Shown here in pieces: positions 60,067-64,000 of a stretch of DNA of 64,000 nucleotides (the stretch's first letter is position 1; the number at the start of each line of letters is the position of its first letter). The translations under genes were made by a program, and so were the position numbers. A model generated the notes under the pieces. The model had not been told where the DNA came from and searched no databases. It worked only from the letters and a program-made list of their open reading frames with translations. This stretch comes from Dendrobates tinctorius (Eukaryota): positions 21,018,001-21,082,000 of the forward strand of contig NW_027361692.1 in NCBI RefSeq assembly GCF_039654945.1, written 5' to 3'.

Positions 60067-60981
60067 TGTTGTGAATTCTCTTTCTGGGCTCCCTCTGGTA
60101 GTTACTGAAGGTAGTGGAGCTGGTCAGATTGACAGAGGTCTTGCAAGTTCTCTTTCTGGACTCCTTCTGGTTGTTACTGGAGGTAGTGGAGTTGGTCAGA
60201 TTGACAGAGGCTTACCACCAGATAATGATGATGATGATTGGAGATCTGGTGTATTTAAGACAGTTGGCTTCTTTCAATCCCTGCTGGTGATTTTCTTCCT
60301 GTGCCTTCTGAGGTCTGATGTCTGATGTCTCCTGCTCTGTTCCTGCATGGTTCAGCTAAGTGTTCATTTGCTAATCTTTTTGCATTTCATCTGGCTTTGT
60401 CTATCTCTGCTTTGTGCGGGTCAGCTTTCTCCTGCTGGAGCTGTGCTGGATCACCGCCCATATGTTACTGCTTGTCAGTTTGTTCTGTCCCCTGTTATAT
60501 TGGTCTCTTTTTGCTTTGCTTTCAGTATATACCAGAGTGCTGATATAGTGGGGGCGAAGTCGTGTGACTTCAGTGTTTTTTGTGCATCAGACATGTTTGA
60601 TTTTTCAGGGTTTTTGTGTGATTGCAGACAGTGTCTTTCCTTTCCTGTCCTGTCTACTCAGTTTGAGCCCCATCATTTGCTCAGTCTATTTTTCTGCCTG
60701 CGTTTGTGTTTTCATCTTGTCTCACCGACAAATTATGTTTGGGGGCTGTCTACTGATTTGGGGTCTGCTCTGGGGCTGTTTAGTTTTCATCTTTCTTGCT
60801 TTAGGCTGAGTTATTTCTCCAGCTGTGCCGAGGCGTCTAGGGCATTGTAGGTACGCTCCACAGCTACTGCTAGTTGTGTGGATAGGATCTGAGGTCTGCA
60901 ATCCGCTTAGTTACCAACTTTTCTGGTTGTCTGGTGGCTTACCCTGGTCTTGCTATCCTCCTCAGTGACCCATTCATAACA
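60067..60981 (+). mobile_element. Gypsy 5' LTR
   Basis: TGTTGTGAAT...ATTCATAACA termini, followed by leader and gag-pol; ~75-bp tandem duplication near its start. Confidence 0.8.
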
Positions 60982-61117
60982 GAATCATCAGCCTTACTGT
61001 AGACTCTAGGGTACTCTAAAGAAGGAAAGAATTTTAAAAAATAAAGTGTCAGAATTTTTTTGTATATTTTTTCGTCTTTTTTTTTTCTGGGGCCGTAGGA
61101 GGATATTTTTTGTCTAA

Positions 61118-61870
61118 ATGGAGACTAGGCAATTGTCTGAATGTGTTGAGCAGCTCGCTGCTGAAGTGCGGAGAATTTCTGCCTATCTCGCTTAATCTGC
61201 TGCTGTTGAACCACAAATCCCTACTCCTGATTTGTTTTCTGGGGATCGGTCTAAATTTTTGAATTTTAAGAATAATTGTAAACTATTTTTTGCTTTGAAA
61301 CCTAACTCATCAGGGAGCTCTGTGCAGCAGGTTAAAATTGTCATTTCCCTGCTCTGCGGCGATCCCCAGGATTGGACCTTTTCTTTGACACCCGGAGATT
61401 CTATTCTATCTAATGTGGACGCGTTTTTTCAAGCCCTGGGGTTGTTGTATGATGAACCTAATGCTATTGATCAAGCTGAGAAAACCTTGTTGGCATTGAA
61501 CCAGGGTCAGGATTCTGCAGAGTTATATTGTCAAAAATTCCGAAAGTGGGCGGTCCTTACTAAATGGAATGACGATGCCCTAGCAGCTCTCTTTCGGAAG
61601 GGTTTGGCAGAAACCGTAAAAGATGTTATGGAGGGATTTCCTGTCCCCTCTGGTCTTGACGACTTTATATCATTGGCCATTCAAATTGATCGGCGCTTAC
61701 GTAAATGTAAAACTACACGAGAGGCATTGCCGCCTTCCGAATGAACTTCTGAACCCATGCAATGCGATAGGGTTTTGTCTAGGGTGCAACGTCAGGAGAT
61801 TAGAAGGTGTAACAAGTTGTTTTTTTTTTCTGTGGGGGCGCCTCTCATACTATTTCTGTCTGCCCTAAAC
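61118..61870 (+). pseudogene. Gypsy (Sushi-like) gag, disrupted
   Basis: P..FSGDRSKF..F..NC, ISLL.G..QDW, L.QG..SAE.Y...F, F.KGL...VKD, LAIQIDRRL; decayed zinc knuckle. Confidence 0.85.
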
Positions 61871-61926
61871 AAGAAAAGCGTTTTGCTCACACATTTGAGG
61901 TAGGCAGTGTACAGCCTAAGTTCCTT

Positions 61927-64000
61927 TTGGTGATTACCTTGATCTGCTCCTTGTCAACATTTTCCACTAAGGCTTTTGTTGATTCAGGAGCAGCTTTGAA
62001 TCTGATGGATTTTGACTTTGCCAAATGTTTTGGTTTTCCCATGATACCCCTGTGGACTCCTATCCCTTTGAGGGGTAGTGATGCTACTCCTTTGGCGGAG
62101 AATAAACCCCAGATTTGGACCCAGGTGATAATGCGGGTCGCCCCGGACCAGCAAGGAAATTGTAAATTTTTGGTGTTGCACAATTTGCATGATACTATTG
62201 TTCTGGGTTTTCCTTGGTTGCAAACTCATAATCCTGTTTTGGACTGGAAATCTGTGTCTGTGGTGAGTTGGGGTTGTCAATGCAAACTTAGTGACACTCC
62301 TGTTTTCTCCACCTCTCCCCAGTCTCATGATATTCCTGACTATTTGGCTGATTTTTCTGATGTATTTAGTGAGAGTAAGTCCGCGTCTTTGCCTCCTCAT
62401 AGGAGTTATGACTGTGCAATTGAGTTAATGCCTGGGTGTAAATTTCCCAAGGGTCGGCATTTCAACTTATCGGTACCCGAACATGATGCTATGCGATCTT
62501 ATATCAAAGAGTCGTTGGAGAAGGGTCATATTAGACCATCTTCTTCACCTTTAGGTGCTGATTTTTTTATTGTGGCCAAGAAAGATGGCTCATTAAGGCA
62601 ATGTATTAACTATTGTTCCCTTAACAAAATCACTGTTAAATATCAACACCCATTACCCCTGATTTCTGATTTATTTTCCAGAGTTAAAAGTGCCTGTTGG
62701 TTTACCAAACTTGACCTAAGGGTGCGTATAATCTTATTCGCATCAAGCACGGGGATGAATGGAAGATGGCGTTTAAAACCCCGGAGGGACATTTTGAGTA
62801 CCTGGTGATGCCTTTTGGGCTCACTAATGCCCCTTCTGTCTTCCAATCTTTTATGAACGATATTTTCTGGGACTTTGTGGATAAGTTTTTGATCATTTAT
62901 CTGGATGATATTTTGCTCTTTTCCAGTGATTGGTATTCTCATGTGGAACATGTCCGGACTGTGTTCCGGATTTTGAAGGAAATTTCTCTGTATGTTATGG
63001 GATCGAAGTGTCTCTTTGGTGTACAGAGAATTTCATTTTTGGGATTCATTTTGTCCCCGTCTGCTATTGAAATGGACCCGGCCAAGGTACACTCCATTTA
63101 TGACAGGGTTCAGCCTACTTCTTTGAAGGCTCTCCAGAAGTTTTTGGGTTTTGCTAATTTCTACCGTAAATTTATAAGTAATTTTTCTGGTATTGTCAAA
63201 CCACTGACTGATTTGACCAATAAGGGTGCTGATGTGGTGAATTGGTCTCCAGAGGCAGTCTCGGCATTTCAGGAGCTTAAGCGGAGATTCACTTCTGCTC
63301 CGGTTCTATGGCAACCTGATGTCTCACTTCCATTTCAGGTGGAGGTAGGTGCTTCTGAGATTGGTGCAGGAGCTGTTTTGTCCCAAAAAGATCTGGTGAC
63401 TTCTAAAATGAATCCCTGTGCCTTCTTTCCTCAAAAATTCTCCCCATCTGAACATAATTATGATGTGGGGAATCGTGAATTGTTGGCCATGAAATGGGTA
63501 TTTGAAGAGTGGAAACATTGGTTGGAGGGAGCTAAACATCAAGTTGTGGTCCTCACCGACAACAAGAATTTGATTTATCTTGAATCAGCCAAACGTTTGA
63601 ATCCTAGACAGGCTAAGTGGGCCTTGCTTTTCACATGTTTTCATTTTGTGGTCTCTTTTCTTCCGGGCACTAAGAATGTTAAGGTGGATGCCCTTTCTAG
63701 GAGTTTCTTTGCGGATTCTCTTGATGTGACTGAGCCTACTACCATTCTAAATGAGGGTGTATGTAGTTCTTTCCGCCATCTCACCCGATTTGAGATGTGC
63801 CCTGGAGGAATTTCAGGAAGACAAACCTGAACGTTGCCCTATGGAAAAATTGTATGTCCCTGACCAGTTGAGGAAAAGAGTAATGTCTGAAATTCATTGC
63901 TCCGCGTTGGCTGGTCATCCAGGTATTTTTGGTACCAGAGATTTGGTGAGTCGGTCTTTTTGGTGGCCTGCCTTGTCTCGTGATGTCAGGAATTTTGTGC
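61927..64000 (+). pseudogene. Gypsy pol (protease, RT, RNase H, start of integrase), frameshifted; runs off the window
   Basis: AFVDSGA, KKDGSLR.CINY, FTKLDLR, MPFGLTNAP, YLDDIL, FLGFANFYR, NYDVGNRELLA; integrase H-X6-GHPG near 63895. Confidence 0.93.

Noticed and set aside
61232-63830. PEG10/RTL1-like domesticated gene
   Set aside because: It has an LTR and several frameshifts and stops; it is an ordinary decayed Gypsy.

Overview
This is eukaryotic, repeat-saturated DNA. Its TE repertoire resembles an anuran (frog) genome; that assignment is inference. No host protein-coding gene could be confidently identified, and almost the whole window is nested transposable elements. Main components: (1) a GC-rich ~30-bp minisatellite ending in a Helentron-like terminus; (2) a 9.3-kb hAT transposon with a BED-finger transposase pseudogene, carrying a diverged 18S rRNA fragment, a 124-bp array with 248-bp higher-order structure, and a 130-bp array; (3) Tc1 remnants and one near-intact DD34E Tc1; (4) CR1, L2 and R4-like LINE remnants; (5) Harbinger, hAT, Kolobok/T2 and piggyBac-type non-autonomous elements; (6) a Gypsy solo LTR, a deleted Gmr1-like element and a Gypsy provirus running off the right edge; (7) a non-autonomous Helitron hosting a 9.2-kb Phantom (FLYWCH/Mutator) element with foldback TIRs, whose transposase exon the ORF track missed; (8) several Penelope-like (Neptune) elements, including a young partial-tandem copy with a 1036-codon RT/GIY-YIG ORF bracketed by variant (U3-A8) minimal hammerhead ribozymes. 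The most unusual items are the rRNA-carrying hAT, the Phantom element and the hammerhead-flanked Penelope unit. All calls were made by eye, without database searches.
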